This document shows, piece after piece, positions 1-11,733 of a stretch of DNA of 64,000 nucleotides (the first letter of the stretch is position 1; each line of letters opens with the position of its first letter). The notes beneath the pieces are model-generated. The model saw nothing but the letters and a program-made list of their open reading frames with translations. It was not told where the DNA came from and searched no databases. A program made the translations under genes and the position numbers. Source of the DNA: Nitrospiraceae bacterium (lineage in GTDB: Bacteria > Nitrospirota > Nitrospiria > Nitrospirales > Nitrospiraceae). Location: positions 1-64,000 of the forward strand of contig JBBIQV010000005.1 in the NCBI GenBank assembly GCA_037442105.1. Direction: 5' to 3'.

Positions 1-139
1 GAGCCGGAGCGATCGACGCCAGGATCACTTTTACAGGAAAAAAAGGACTTGACCACTTCCGAGCTACCCGCTGTTCTCTGTTTGCTGTTCGCTTCACTGC
101 TATGAGCTGTTCGCTACCAACTTGACGCGGAGGCGTTGT

Positions 140-1294
140 ATGAATTTCGACCTCACCGATGAGCAACGACTGATTCGGGAAACGGTCCGCCGGTTTGCCG
201 ACCAGGAGATTGCACCGGTCGCTGCTGAAAACGATCGAGCCGGGCGGTTTCCGCGCGAGTTGGTCGACCGCATGGCTGCCATGGGGCTCCTCGGAGGGCC
301 GATCCCGAAAGAGTACGGCGGATCAGGGTTGGATTACATCAGCCATGCCATTATCACTGAAGAAATCGGCCGGGCCGATTCCTCGCTGCGGACGACGCTG
401 TCGGTGCAGGTGTCCCTTGTGGCATTGAGTTTGGCGCGATGGGGGACCGAGGACCAGAAGCGACGCTATCTCCCGGAACTCTGCGCCGGACGGATGCTGG
501 GTTGTTTTGGGCTCACGGAACCAAACGCGGGCAGTGATCCGGCGAGCATGGAGACCACGGCAATCAAACATAGTGGCGGCTGGACACTCAACGGCACGAA
601 GACGTGGATTTCAAATGGCACGGTGGCAGATGTCGCCTTGGTGTTTGCTCAAACCGATCCAGCCAAAGGCCATGACGGGATCGCAGCGTTTCTTGTTGAA
701 AAGGACACGCCGGGCTTCACGACGCGGCCGATCTCTGAGAAGCTGGGACTGCGCGCGTCAGACACCGGCGAGTTGATCTTCGAAGACTGCTCAGTGCCGG
801 AGACTGCCTTATTGGGATCGGTCGGGCAGGGCTTCAAGGTGGCCATGTCTGCTCTAGATAACGGTCGATACAGCGTGGCGGCGGGCTGCGTCGGGATCAT
901 TCAAGGCTGCGTCGATGCCTGCACCGAGTACGCGAGGACGCGCCGGCAGTTCGGTCGTCCGATCGGCAGCTTTCAACTGGTGCAGGACATGATCGCCCGC
1001 ATGGCCGTGGACCTGGACGCAGCACGGCTGCTCGTGTTTCGCGCCGGCCATCTCAAGAATCAAGGACTCCCCAGCACCGTCGAAACCTCCGTCGCCAAAT
1101 ACTTCGCATCTGAGGCCGCAGTTCGCGTCTCCACCGACGCCGTGCAAATCTTCGGAGCCTACGGGTATTCCGAAGAAGCCTCGGTCGCCCGCTACTATCG
1201 CGACGCCAAGGTCGCGACGATCTACGAAGGCACGTCGCAGATTCAGAAGCTGATCATCGGCTCCCACGTGCTGGGAGTGAAAGCGTTTGTATGA
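140..1294 (+). CDS. Acyl-CoA dehydrogenase (short/branched-chain type)
   Basis: Family motifs CFGLTEPNAGSD, LNGTKTWISNG, RRQFGRPIG and IYEGTSQIQ; ATG at 140 follows GGAGG at 129-133. Confidence 0.95.
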   Translation: MNFDLTDEQRLIRETVRRFADQEIAPVAAENDRAGRFPRELVDRMAAMGLLGGPIPKEYGGSGLDYISHAIITEEIGRADSSLRTTLSVQVSLVALSLARWGTEDQKRRYLPELCAGRMLGCFGLTEPNAGSDPASMETTAIKHSGGWTLNGTKTWISNGTVADVALVFAQTDPAKGHDGIAAFLVEKDTPGFTTRPISEKLGLRASDTGELIFEDCSVPETALLGSVGQGFKVAMSALDNGRYSVAAGCVGIIQGCVDACTEYARTRRQFGRPIGSFQLVQDMIARMAVDLDAARLLVFRAGHLKNQGLPSTVETSVAKYFASEAAVRVSTDAVQIFGAYGYSEEASVARYYRDAKVATIYEGTSQIQKLIIGSHVLGVKAFV

Positions 1295-1313
1295 TGAGGG
1301 CGAGGGGCAATTG

Positions 1314-2306
1314 TTATGGGGCTCGGAGCTTCTTCACTGCTTCCGTCAGCAACGGGATGACCTCGAAGAGATCGCCGACGATGCCGTAGGTGGCCAGTTT
1401 GAAGATCGGCGCGTTGGGATTATTGTTGATGGCGACGATGGTTCTGGCCGAGGACATGCCGGCCTGGTGCTGAACCGCGCCGGAAATGCCACAGGCGATG
1501 TAGAGTTGCGGAGAGACGGTCTTGCCCGTCAATCCGATTTGATAGGAATGCGGCTTCCAGCCTGCATCCACCACCGCGCGAGAGGCTCCTACCGCCGCAC
1601 CCAGGGCTGCTGCAAGTTCTTCAATCAACTTGAAGTTCTCCGGTACTTTGAGGCCTCGGCCTCCCGTGACAATGATGGCCGCCTCGGTCAATTCTTTCTT
1701 GTCTCCAGCCGTCTTTTGTATCTCGCGCACCCTCGCTATCGGTCGAACGGCATCGAACGAGACAGTGAGTCTTTCAACGGGAATATCCCGCGCGGGCTGA
1801 GGCTCCAACGGCGAGAAGACGTTCGGGCGCAGCGTCACAATCTGCATCAGCGGATTCGTCGCCTGTATGACTGCACGAAGCTTTCCCCCATAGATCGGAC
1901 GAGTAGCAAGCAGAGAGCCGTCGGTTTCCATCTTCAGCGCCACACAGTCCTGGATCAACGCGCTCGTGAGCCTTGCCGCCAGCTTCGGGGCAAGGTCCTT
2001 ACCCATAGCGGTGGCGCCCATGAGAATCGCGGCCGGCCGTATCCTTATGGCGACATCCGTCAAGATGGCTGTGTAGAGTTCGGCTGAATAATAGGTGAGA
2101 GCGGGATCTTCAGCGATCAGCATGCGCGAGGCGCCGCGCGCAGCAAGTTCCTCCGCGAGCGAACCCACCGATGCCCCGATCACGATAGCGATGACTTCTC
2201 TTGCCGGCTCCTTGCTCAGACGACAGGCTTCGCCTACCGCCTCTAGCCCCACCTTCTTCAGGCGCCCGTCACGCTGCTCGCAGAACACCAGGATCGGATT
2301 GGCCAT
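1314..2306 (-). CDS. etfA: Electron transfer flavoprotein alpha subunit
   Basis: GGRG, GASRAVVDAGW, QIGLTGKTVSPQLYIACGISGAVQHQAGM and AIN..P.APIF motifs. Confidence 0.95.
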   Translation of the reverse strand: MANPILVFCEQRDGRLKKVGLEAVGEACRLSKEPAREVIAIVIGASVGSLAEELAARGASRMLIAEDPALTYYSAELYTAILTDVAIRIRPAAILMGATAMGKDLAPKLAARLTSALIQDCVALKMETDGSLLATRPIYGGKLRAVIQATNPLMQIVTLRPNVFSPLEPQPARDIPVERLTVSFDAVRPIARVREIQKTAGDKKELTEAAIIVTGGRGLKVPENFKLIEELAAALGAAVGASRAVVDAGWKPHSYQIGLTGKTVSPQLYIACGISGAVQHQAGMSSARTIVAINNNPNAPIFKLATYGIVGDLFEVIPLLTEAVKKLRAP

Positions 2307-2311
2307 GGGTT

Positions 2312-2387
2312 ATAGCTCTCAGCTTTCAGCACTCAGCTTTCAGCTTCTGATTTTAAGCCGATGGCTGAGAGCTGAAGGCTGGCCGCT
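2312..2387. repeat. Heptamer-repeat hairpin (CAGCTTT type)
   Basis: ctctcagctttcagcactcagctttcagct followed by inverted gctgagagctgaaggctg. Confidence 0.7.
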
Positions 2388-3190
2388 CAAATAATTTTTG
2401 CTTCCTCATGGAGCAGCCGTACCAGTTCCTTGACTGCAGCGGCTGCGTCGCCCGGTATCATTCGGCCTGCCGGTCTCGCCGGCGGGGGTTCCACGCGCAC
2501 CACTTTGAGCTTCGCGCCGGCAGCGCCGGCCGTTTCTGGTTCTACACCGACCATCGCCCAGTTCCAGATTTCCAACGGTTTCTGCTTGGCCTTCATGATG
2601 CCGGGCAGCGACGGATAGCGCGGTTCGTTCAGGCCCTTCTGGCAGGTAATCAGCGCCGGCAGCGGAGCCTCCACGACTTCGATCCCACCCTCGATTTGGC
2701 GATGGGCCACGATGCGGCGAGCCTGAGCATCGACATCCAGCTTGTTCACCACCGCGACGTGCGGGATACCGAGCAGCTCTGCGACCTGGATTCCCACCGC
2801 CCCTCCGTCATCGTCCACCGTCTGTTTGCCGCACAGCACCAAATCGAAACTCAGTCGCCGCAGGGCCGCGGCCAGCGCCAGTGCGGTTGAAAAGCTATCG
2901 CCTTCTTCGAAGGCTGGATCGCTCAATAAGATCGCCTTGTCAGCCCCCATGGCCAGGCAGGTCCGCAAGGCCTCTTCCGGTTTTTGGGCCGGGTGGGGAC
3001 GAAGCGAAAGTACCGTGACGTCGCCGCTCCCCACTCGCTCCTTGATGCGCAGCGCTTCTTCGACGGCAAACTCGTCGTAAGGGTTCACGACAAAGCTGAG
3101 GCCCGACCGGTCGATGTCCATCCCATCCTCTTTGATGGTGAGCTTGGACTCAGTGGCCGGAACCTGTTTGATGCAGACGATGAGCTTCAT
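2387..3190 (-). CDS. etfB: Electron transfer flavoprotein beta subunit
   Basis: MKLIVCIKQVP, NPYDEFAVEEAL, CGKQTVD and NEPRYPSLPGIMKAK motifs; directly upstream of etfA. Confidence 0.95.
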   Translation of the reverse strand: MKLIVCIKQVPATESKLTIKEDGMDIDRSGLSFVVNPYDEFAVEEALRIKERVGSGDVTVLSLRPHPAQKPEEALRTCLAMGADKAILLSDPAFEEGDSFSTALALAAALRRLSFDLVLCGKQTVDDDGGAVGIQVAELLGIPHVAVVNKLDVDAQARRIVAHRQIEGGIEVVEAPLPALITCQKGLNEPRYPSLPGIMKAKQKPLEIWNWAMVGVEPETAGAAGAKLKVVRVEPPPARPAGRMIPGDAAAAVKELVRLLHEEAKII

Positions 3191-3192
3191 CG

Positions 3193-3411
3193 TGAATAGC
3201 GAGCAGCTAACAGCGAATAGCTGACAGCTCTGAGAATAGCGAGGAGCGAGCAGCAGGATGAAAGAGCGAATAGAGAACAGCGGGTAGCGAGTAGCCAGAA
3301 AGGAAGGGCCTGCCTCTCCCTGGTTTCAGGCTATTCGCTATTGGCTCTGGGCTATTCGCTCCTCTCCGGACGCTATTCGCCTTTCGCTTATGGATTCAAA
3401 GCTATTCGCTG
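3193..3411. repeat. Long heptamer-repeat inverted array (GAATAGC/GCTATTC)
   Basis: More than ten imperfect GAATAGC-like units followed by several GCTATTC units. Confidence 0.8.
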
Positions 3412-3414
3412 TCA

Positions 3415-5124
3415 TTACAGCCCCTGATACCGCGGTCCTCCCTCGGCGGGCGCGCGCCAGACGATGTTCTGTACATGATCTCCCGGAATCACATCGATCG
3501 GGTCCTTGATCACGCAGGTCTTGCAATGCACGCAGTTTGCGAAATTGACCTGGATGCGGCGGGTTGGACCCACACCGACAAGTTCGTAAACGTTCGCGGG
3601 ACAAAAATGCGTGCAGGGTGCGTCGCCATACATGGCGATGCAGTCCGTGAGGCAGCGGGTTGGATTGAGGATTTGGATATGGGACGGTTGATCTTCCCGA
3701 TGTTGGGTGCCCGAGTGATACACATCCGTCAGTTTGTCGACGAGGATGCCGGGATCATATCTGGTTGGTTCGCGCCTCCACCGGCCTTTCGCCACCTTGC
3801 TGAGCGGACGCAGATGCATGAAGTCTGCGCGGACTCCACCGGGCTTCGTGGGGCCCAGTCCTGTCCACATGGTGAGGCTGCCGAGGAGAACACCTGGGAG
3901 CCGACCATAGGTAAAGGCTCGCCGAACGTTGCGGACCCGATAGAGATCGCGCATCACGTAGGAAGAAGAGAGGCGCGCTTCATACGAGGACAATGCTGAA
4001 GCTGAAGCATCGTTCCGCATGAGTGATTCGAACACCGTCTCGGCTGCCAGCATTCCGCTTTTCATGGCGTAATGAATCCCTTTGAGATAGGGCACGTTCA
4101 GGAAGCCGGCCGAATCGCCCACGAGCAAGGCGCCGTCCACACAGAGTCGCGGGACGGCAAAGTATCCGCCCTCCGGCAGCGTTCTGGCTCCGTAGCCGAT
4201 GACGTCGCCTCCTGTAATGAACTGCTGAATGAAGGGATGCTTCTTGAATCGTTGGAGCTGTACATGGACATCCATTTGCGGGTCATCCCAATCAAGCCCG
4301 CAGATCATCCCGACGGCAACGTGGTGCTCATCCACTCCGTAGCAAAATCCTCCGCCGAACACATGGGAGCCGAGCGGATAGCCGATGGTGTGGAGGGCCA
4401 GACCAGGCGACCCACTGTGCTTCACCCGGATGAGTTCCTTCACGCCGAGTGCGTAAGACTGAGGATTCTTGCCTTCGCGCAGCTTGAACTGATGGATCAA
4501 GTCTTCAGTTAACGTCCCGTACGAACCTTCGCCGAAGACTGTCACGTTGGCTCGGATACCGGTGCCTGGTTCGTAGTTGGGTTTCCAACCGCCGCCGGCC
4601 TGCAAGCCCTTGTCGCCCGTTTGCACTCCACAGACTCGTGTTCCATCATAGAGAATGCGCACGCCACAGGTTTCATTGAAGAGAAAGACGCCGGCCGCTT
4701 CTACCTGCTCAGCCAGCCACAGATTCAGTTTTTGAAGGGAGCCGATGTAACAGCGATCCTGGCGGTACGCGGAAGGGATCAGCCTATCAGGAATCGGGAT
4801 AGTCCCTTCGGTGGTCAGGTACCGCAGGCTGTGCCGTGTGACACGCTGCGTGAACGGAAAACCACGGTCACGATAGTCCGGCAGGAGCTCTTCCAGCGCG
4901 ATCGGATCAAAGATGGCGCCGGAGATCGCATGCGCGCCGACATCGCGCCCCTTCTCGATGAGCGCGATCTGAAGGTCAAGGCGCCGACCGGAGATCGTAC
5001 CCGCTGAGACCTGGTCATTATGGTGGGCCATGAGTTGGGTGAGACGCAGCGCCCCGGCAAGATTGGCTGGTCCTCCGCCTACGAACAGCACATCGACGTC
5101 GAGTGGCTGCCGGTCGTCACCCAT
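3415..5124 (-). CDS. ETF:quinone oxidoreductase (FAD plus C-terminal 4Fe-4S)
   Basis: N-terminal VGGGPA FAD motif, GDSAGF..KGIHYAMKSG, C-terminal FCPANVYE..NCVHCKTC..KDP and EGGPRY; same strand as etfBA. Confidence 0.92.
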   Translation of the reverse strand: MGDDRQPLDVDVLFVGGGPANLAGALRLTQLMAHHNDQVSAGTISGRRLDLQIALIEKGRDVGAHAISGAIFDPIALEELLPDYRDRGFPFTQRVTRHSLRYLTTEGTIPIPDRLIPSAYRQDRCYIGSLQKLNLWLAEQVEAAGVFLFNETCGVRILYDGTRVCGVQTGDKGLQAGGGWKPNYEPGTGIRANVTVFGEGSYGTLTEDLIHQFKLREGKNPQSYALGVKELIRVKHSGSPGLALHTIGYPLGSHVFGGGFCYGVDEHHVAVGMICGLDWDDPQMDVHVQLQRFKKHPFIQQFITGGDVIGYGARTLPEGGYFAVPRLCVDGALLVGDSAGFLNVPYLKGIHYAMKSGMLAAETVFESLMRNDASASALSSYEARLSSSYVMRDLYRVRNVRRAFTYGRLPGVLLGSLTMWTGLGPTKPGGVRADFMHLRPLSKVAKGRWRREPTRYDPGILVDKLTDVYHSGTQHREDQPSHIQILNPTRCLTDCIAMYGDAPCTHFCPANVYELVGVGPTRRIQVNFANCVHCKTCVIKDPIDVIPGDHVQNIVWRAPAEGGPRYQGL

Positions 5125-5332
5125 GATGATCCCTCGTCCCTTTGCTGCACATCGGAGTTACTATCTGCACCATCCTGCTGAAAACGGCACACCTTGACAC
5201 ACCGTGGGCTTAGTATATGCAAATCGACGGATCGAATCCTCCCTTTTCTCTAGGAACCTGGCTGGTCTTCATGGCGTGCATCGAGCGAGTACCTCTTGAG
5301 TGTGCGGCCTCCGTCCTCCCACCTTTTTAGAT

Positions 5333-5422
5333 GGGGGGCTGTACGCCCGCGGACTGTGCGTGTCCAAGGAGCACGATTCTGATCGCGCGGCTTGCGCGAG
5401 CATGACGGGTGCACAGCCCCCC
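5333..5422. repeat. Stem-enclosed dispersed repeat, copy 1
   Basis: 17 bp inverted repeat (5333-5349 / 5406-5422, 15 of 17 matched) enclosing a ~50 bp core. Confidence 0.65.
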
Positions 5423-5424
5423 CG

Positions 5425-5454
5425 TTGACTCCTTTCTTTTCGCTTTGTTAGACT
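5425..5454 (+). promoter_or_regulatory. Putative sigma70 promoter for the NHL-guaB transcript
   Basis: TTGACT, 18 bp spacer, TAGACT with a TG extension, about 70 bp before the ATG at 5527. Confidence 0.4.
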
Positions 5455-5526
5455 ACCTAATCCTAACTGCTTGAAAGACGCGCAGTTCTACCCTGTAACC
5501 GACCCGAAAAAACGCGAGGCAACACC

Positions 5527-8493
5527 ATGATGAAAGCGTGGCTGCTGGACGAGATGTTTCAATTCGATCGGCTGGCGTTAAGGATCGAGGGAGGCCAGGA
5601 GGAATGGGGGCCCGGGGATTCTGTGGCTGAAGAGGAGGAACTTCCTCCTCCGCCAACCGGGGTCAAGGCCAAGCCTGGCAATGGCCGCATCACTCTCACC
5701 TGGGATCCTGTGCCGGACGCCATGTATTACAACATCTACTTCATGACCTCGAAAGGCGTCCAGATCAAGTTTTCCGAACTCACCCGCCCCATCGCCGGCC
5801 CGGAGGATTTCAAAACCGTCATCGGCGTGAAGAAAGATAAAGCCACCTGCATTGAAGGCCCCTCCGCTCCCTATGTCCACGACGACCTTGCCAACGGCTC
5901 TTGTTACCACTACGTGGTGACCGCGGTGACGCCGAAGGGAGAAAGCCATGAATCGGATGAGGTGATGGCGATTCCTTCGCCCTACCTGCTCACGCAGGTC
6001 ATCGGCCAGGAAGGGGTGGACGACGGAGAGTTCAGTTCCCCGACGGGCATTGCGCTCGACAAGGATGGCCAGATCTATGTGGCCGATACGGACAACCACT
6101 CTATCCAGAAATTCGACAAGGATGGAAAATTCCTGGCGCGGTGGGGCGGGGAACCGAGTTCTGAGGAAGGACAATACTACTATCCGCGCGGGCTTACGAC
6201 CAATGCCGACGGCCATGTCTATGTGGCGGACAGCGGGAATAACCGGGTGCAAAGGCTGGATGCCGGCGGCGCGCCCATGAAGAGTTGGGGAAAATTCGGC
6301 TTTGCCTGGCGCGGAGCCGACATGGGCAAGTTCGATGTGCCGTGGGGGATCACGACCGATCAGGACGGCAACATCTACGTGTCGGACACCAGCAATGCCC
6401 GCATCCAAAAATTCAAGGGCGACGGGACGCCGCTGCTGAAGTGGGGGCGCGATGGGAGCTTCGACGGTGCGTTCTTCTTTCCCCGTGGGATCGCCGTTGA
6501 CTTCGTCGGAAATATCTTCGTGGCCGATGAGGGGAACAACCGCATTCAGAAGTTCGATGCGCGCGGGAGCTTCCTGGCCAAGTGGGGACGGGAGGGCAGC
6601 GGACCCGGGCAGTTCAAATCGCCGTGGGGTGTGGCCTGCGACGCGCTCGGCAATGTCTACGTGGTCGATCAGGGCAACCACCGCATTCAGAAATTCGACG
6701 GGAACGGGACATTCCTCTGCGCCTGGGGCAATCGTGGGAAAACGGAAGGGCAGCTCAATTTCCCCGCGGGCATTGCTGTGGATAAGGAAGGATGCGTGTA
6801 CGTCGTCGATAGCGGCAACAGCCGCATCCTCAAGTATGTGCCGACTGAAGAGGAGATCAATCGAGGCAAGGAAGATCAGCGGCCGAAAGTCATGACCCAG
6901 CACCCGGCGCCGCGGAGCGTCGCGGTGAAAGCAGGCGACACCGAAACATTCCTGAGCTGGATGGATGTGCCGGGGGCCGCCTCCTACAATCTCTACTTCC
7001 AGACGCAAGCCGGGGTGACCATCCAAGCTGCGACCAAGATCGAAGGCGTGACGAGCCCGTTCACGCATGCGGGCCTCACCAACGACATTCCCTATTTCTA
7101 TGCGCTGAGCGCGGTGTACGAAGGTGGGACAGAGAGTGCCCTGTCGGACGAGGTGACCGCCACGCCGGTTTTGATCGATATGACGGCTCCGCAGACTCCC
7201 AATGCGGTCATCAACCACGGGGCTTTTATGACCAATACGCCGGAAGTCGTGGTGACGATTTCCGCAACGGACGTGGACACGGGAGTCGGTGCCTACTTTA
7301 TTTCCGAGAATCCGATGACACCCGTAGCAGGGACGCCAGGATGGGTTGAGGTTGAGCCGGCCCATAAGTTCGGTTCGACCATCCCGTTCATTCTGTCGCC
7401 GGGCGACGGCCAGAAGACGATCTATGTCTGGTTCAAAGACGTCGGCAACAACGTCTCGACTCCGGCGAGCGCCACCATTCTCGTCAACACGTCGGGCTAT
7501 CTCTGCGTGTCGAAATGGGGCAAGCCGGGCCGCGGCGCCTCGTTGCTCCACGGGGGTGAGTTTACGGCGCCCATGTATGGTTTGGCCATCGACCAGCAGG
7601 GCGGCCTGTTTGTGGTCGACAACGGTAACAACCGTATCCAGAAATTCGACAGCACCGGGAACTTCATCATTCTTTGGGGCAACTTCGGCAGCGCCAACGG
7701 CAACTTCCATAACCCCACCGGCATCGCCTGCGATGGCAAGGGAGATGTGTATGTCGTCGATACGAACAACCACCGGGTGCAGAAGTTCGACGGCAAGCTC
7801 GGCGGGTACATTCTGAAGTTCGGGTCGCGCGGCAACGGCGAAGGGCAGTTCAACGCGCCTTGGGGTATCGCGATCGACCGCGTGCGGGGCTATATCTATG
7901 TTGTCGACAGCGCCAATTTCCGTGTCCAGAAGTTCGATATGACCGGTGAGTTCATCATGTCCTGGGGCAGTTTCGGCAACGGTGACGGCCAGTTCTACTT
8001 TCCCCGCGGGATCGCAGTCGATCAGACCGACGGTACGGTCTATGTAGTGGACATGGGCAATCACCGTATCCAGAAGTTCGACACCAGCACGAACGTGCTG
8101 CCGCAGCTTCTCACGAAGTGGGGCGGCAGTTCGGAAGCCGGGCACGCCAGCAGCCCTTTGGCTCAGGAAGCCGGACAGCTCCGTTCGCCGTGGGGTGTTG
8201 CAGTTGACGGCAATGGGGACGTGTATGTGACCGACACGGGCAATCACCGGGTTGAAAAGTTCGATCGTGAAGGCAACTTCATCACGCAGTGGGGCGGTTT
8301 CGGCAATGGCGACGGCCAGTTCAACTTCCCGTATGGCATCGTCATCGACGCGCGTGGGAGCGTCTTTGTGGTGGACAGCGCCAACACGAGGGTCCAGCAA
8401 TTCATGCCGGCGGATGAAGGCAGCGAGCAACTCCAGGAGCAGGCGGAAATGGCTGCCGAACTGGAGAAGGCCGGGGGTGCGGCGAAGTCGTAA
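5527..8493 (+). CDS. Large FN3 plus double NHL-repeat (six-bladed beta-propeller) protein
   Basis: About 12 repeats of G.F..P.GIA.D..G.VYV.D..N.RIQKFD in two blocks; two FN3-like segments (ITLTWDPVPDAMYYNIY and LSWMDVPGAASYNLY). Confidence 0.9.
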   Translation: MMKAWLLDEMFQFDRLALRIEGGQEEWGPGDSVAEEEELPPPPTGVKAKPGNGRITLTWDPVPDAMYYNIYFMTSKGVQIKFSELTRPIAGPEDFKTVIGVKKDKATCIEGPSAPYVHDDLANGSCYHYVVTAVTPKGESHESDEVMAIPSPYLLTQVIGQEGVDDGEFSSPTGIALDKDGQIYVADTDNHSIQKFDKDGKFLARWGGEPSSEEGQYYYPRGLTTNADGHVYVADSGNNRVQRLDAGGAPMKSWGKFGFAWRGADMGKFDVPWGITTDQDGNIYVSDTSNARIQKFKGDGTPLLKWGRDGSFDGAFFFPRGIAVDFVGNIFVADEGNNRIQKFDARGSFLAKWGREGSGPGQFKSPWGVACDALGNVYVVDQGNHRIQKFDGNGTFLCAWGNRGKTEGQLNFPAGIAVDKEGCVYVVDSGNSRILKYVPTEEEINRGKEDQRPKVMTQHPAPRSVAVKAGDTETFLSWMDVPGAASYNLYFQTQAGVTIQAATKIEGVTSPFTHAGLTNDIPYFYALSAVYEGGTESALSDEVTATPVLIDMTAPQTPNAVINHGAFMTNTPEVVVTISATDVDTGVGAYFISENPMTPVAGTPGWVEVEPAHKFGSTIPFILSPGDGQKTIYVWFKDVGNNVSTPASATILVNTSGYLCVSKWGKPGRGASLLHGGEFTAPMYGLAIDQQGGLFVVDNGNNRIQKFDSTGNFIILWGNFGSANGNFHNPTGIACDGKGDVYVVDTNNHRVQKFDGKLGGYILKFGSRGNGEGQFNAPWGIAIDRVRGYIYVVDSANFRVQKFDMTGEFIMSWGSFGNGDGQFYFPRGIAVDQTDGTVYVVDMGNHRIQKFDTSTNVLPQLLTKWGGSSEAGHASSPLAQEAGQLRSPWGVAVDGNGDVYVTDTGNHRVEKFDREGNFITQWGGFGNGDGQFNFPYGIVIDARGSVFVVDSANTRVQQFMPADEGSEQLQEQAEMAAELEKAGGAAKS

Positions 8494-9984
<1,491 letters not shown>

Positions 9985-10073
9985 TGCTAACTGCGACTAG
10001 CAAATAGCGAATAGCGGAGACAATACAGTTGAAGTTTTAGCTGCTCGCTACCAGCTACCCGCTACTCGCTAAC
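9985..10073. repeat. Heptamer-repeat hairpin between guaB and guaA
   Basis: tagcaaatagcgaatagc ... gctgctcgctaccagctacccgctactcgcta. Confidence 0.75.
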
Positions 10074-10075
10074 TC

Positions 10076-11632
10076 ATGGAACTCTGGCACGATAGAATCC
10101 TCGTTCTCGATTTCGGATCGCAGTACACCCAGCTTATCGCTCGCCGTATTCGCGAGGCACAGGTATATTCTCAAATTTTGCCCTGTACGGCACCGCTTGC
10201 GACCATCCTAGCATACCGTCCCAAAGGCCTCGTTCTCTCCGGCGGACCGGCGAGCGTCTATGACCGCAAGGCCCCACTGGTTCCGAAGCAGCTCCTCGAA
10301 CAGGGCATTCCGATCCTCGGTATTTGCTACGGCATGCAGCTTGTGACGCATCTGCTGGATGGTGAAGTGGCGAAAGCGCTGCATCGCGAATATGGCCGTG
10401 CAGAGCTACGCATCGACGATGGCTCCGACCTTTTCAAGGGCGTGGGGGAAGGAGCGGCGACAACGGTCTGGATGTCGCATGGCGACCGGATCGAGCGGAT
10501 GCCGAAGGGGTTCCGGTCGATAGCGCACACGAACAATTCGCCTGTGGCGGCGATGAAACAGACGACCGGCAATCGCCGGATTTACTGCCTGCAATTCCAT
10601 CCGGAAGTCGCGCACACCGCCGAAGGCACCAAGATACTTCGCAACTTCGTCTATGACATCTGCGGGTGCAAACCGACCTGGACGATGCAGTCCTACGTGG
10701 ATACGGCGGTACAGCAGATTCGCGAGCGAGTCGGCAGCCAGAAGGTCATCTGCGCCCTGAGCGGGGGGGTCGATTCATCGGTGGCGGCGGCGTTGACGCA
10801 TCGTGCCATCGGTAGCCAGCTCACCTGCATGTTCGTGGACAACGGGGTGCTGCGCGCCGGGGAGGGAGAGCAGGTCCAGAAGACCTTTGCGTCGCACCTC
10901 AAACTGAATCTTCGCTTCCTGGATCGCTCGGCACAGTTTCTTACCGCACTGAAGAACGTGACCGATCCGGAGCGCAAGCGGAAAATCATCGGCCGCCTGT
11001 TCATCCGGAACTTTGAGGCGGAGTCGAAAAAGCTGGGGCGGATCACGTTCCTGGTGCAGGGTACGTTGTATCCTGACGTGATTGAGAGCGTGAGTTTCAA
11101 GGGCCCGTCGGCCACCATCAAGACGCATCATAATGTGGGCGGACTGCCGACGAAGATGAAACTGAAGCTTATCGAGCCGTTGCGGGAACTGTTCAAGGAC
11201 GAAGTGCGGGTGCTCGGCAAGGAACTGGGGTTGCCGGACGAGATCATCTGGCGGCAGCCGTTCCCCGGACCGGGATTGGCGATCCGCGTTCTTGGCGCTG
11301 TGACGAGAGAACGACTAGCCATTCTTCGCGGCGCCGAAACGATCGTGGACCAAGAGATCCGCACAGCCGGCTTGTACCGCGACATTTGGCAGGCGTTTGC
11401 CGTGCTGTTGCCCATTCGCACCGTCGGGGTCATGGGCGATCAGCGGACGTATGAGCATGTGATCGCCGTCCGAGCGGTAACGAGCCTGGACGGCATGACG
11501 GCGGATTGGGCGAGAATACCGCCCGAGCTTCTCGGGAAGATGTCGAACCGGATCATCAACGAGGTCAAGGGTGTGAATCGGGTGGTGTACGACATCAGTT
11601 CGAAGCCACCAAGCACGATCGAGTGGGAGTGA
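10076..11632 (+). CDS. guaA: GMP synthase (glutamine-hydrolysing)
   Basis: [43 protein letters not shown], ending KPPSTIEWE. Confidence 0.98.
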   Translation: MELWHDRILVLDFGSQYTQLIARRIREAQVYSQILPCTAPLATILAYRPKGLVLSGGPASVYDRKAPLVPKQLLEQGIPILGICYGMQLVTHLLDGEVAKALHREYGRAELRIDDGSDLFKGVGEGAATTVWMSHGDRIERMPKGFRSIAHTNNSPVAAMKQTTGNRRIYCLQFHPEVAHTAEGTKILRNFVYDICGCKPTWTMQSYVDTAVQQIRERVGSQKVICALSGGVDSSVAAALTHRAIGSQLTCMFVDNGVLRAGEGEQVQKTFASHLKLNLRFLDRSAQFLTALKNVTDPERKRKIIGRLFIRNFEAESKKLGRITFLVQGTLYPDVIESVSFKGPSATIKTHHNVGGLPTKMKLKLIEPLRELFKDEVRVLGKELGLPDEIIWRQPFPGPGLAIRVLGAVTRERLAILRGAETIVDQEIRTAGLYRDIWQAFAVLLPIRTVGVMGDQRTYEHVIAVRAVTSLDGMTADWARIPPELLGKMSNRIINEVKGVNRVVYDISSKPPSTIEWE

Positions 11633-11718
11633 GCGATGCACTCTCGTGCTCGCGGAGCCCGCGTTTCAGAAAACGCTCGCTCGACGCGCGCAGTAAAGAG
11701 CGCATTGCTCACTCCCAC
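11623..11718. repeat. Stem-enclosed dispersed repeat, copy 2 (opposite orientation)
   Basis: 22 bp inverted repeat (11623-11644 / 11697-11718, 20 of 22 matched) enclosing a core similar to the reverse complement of copy 1. Confidence 0.65.
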
Positions 11719-11733
11719 GGGGGAATTAGGAAA

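Noticed and set aside
6000..8410. Regular ~141 bp DNA repeats as a possible CRISPR array
   Set aside because: In-frame NHL coding repeats; no identical direct repeats with unique spacers and no cas genes
11506..11733. N-terminal extension of rluB
   Set aside because: Overlaps guaA and the stem repeat; the S4 domain begins at GTG 11734
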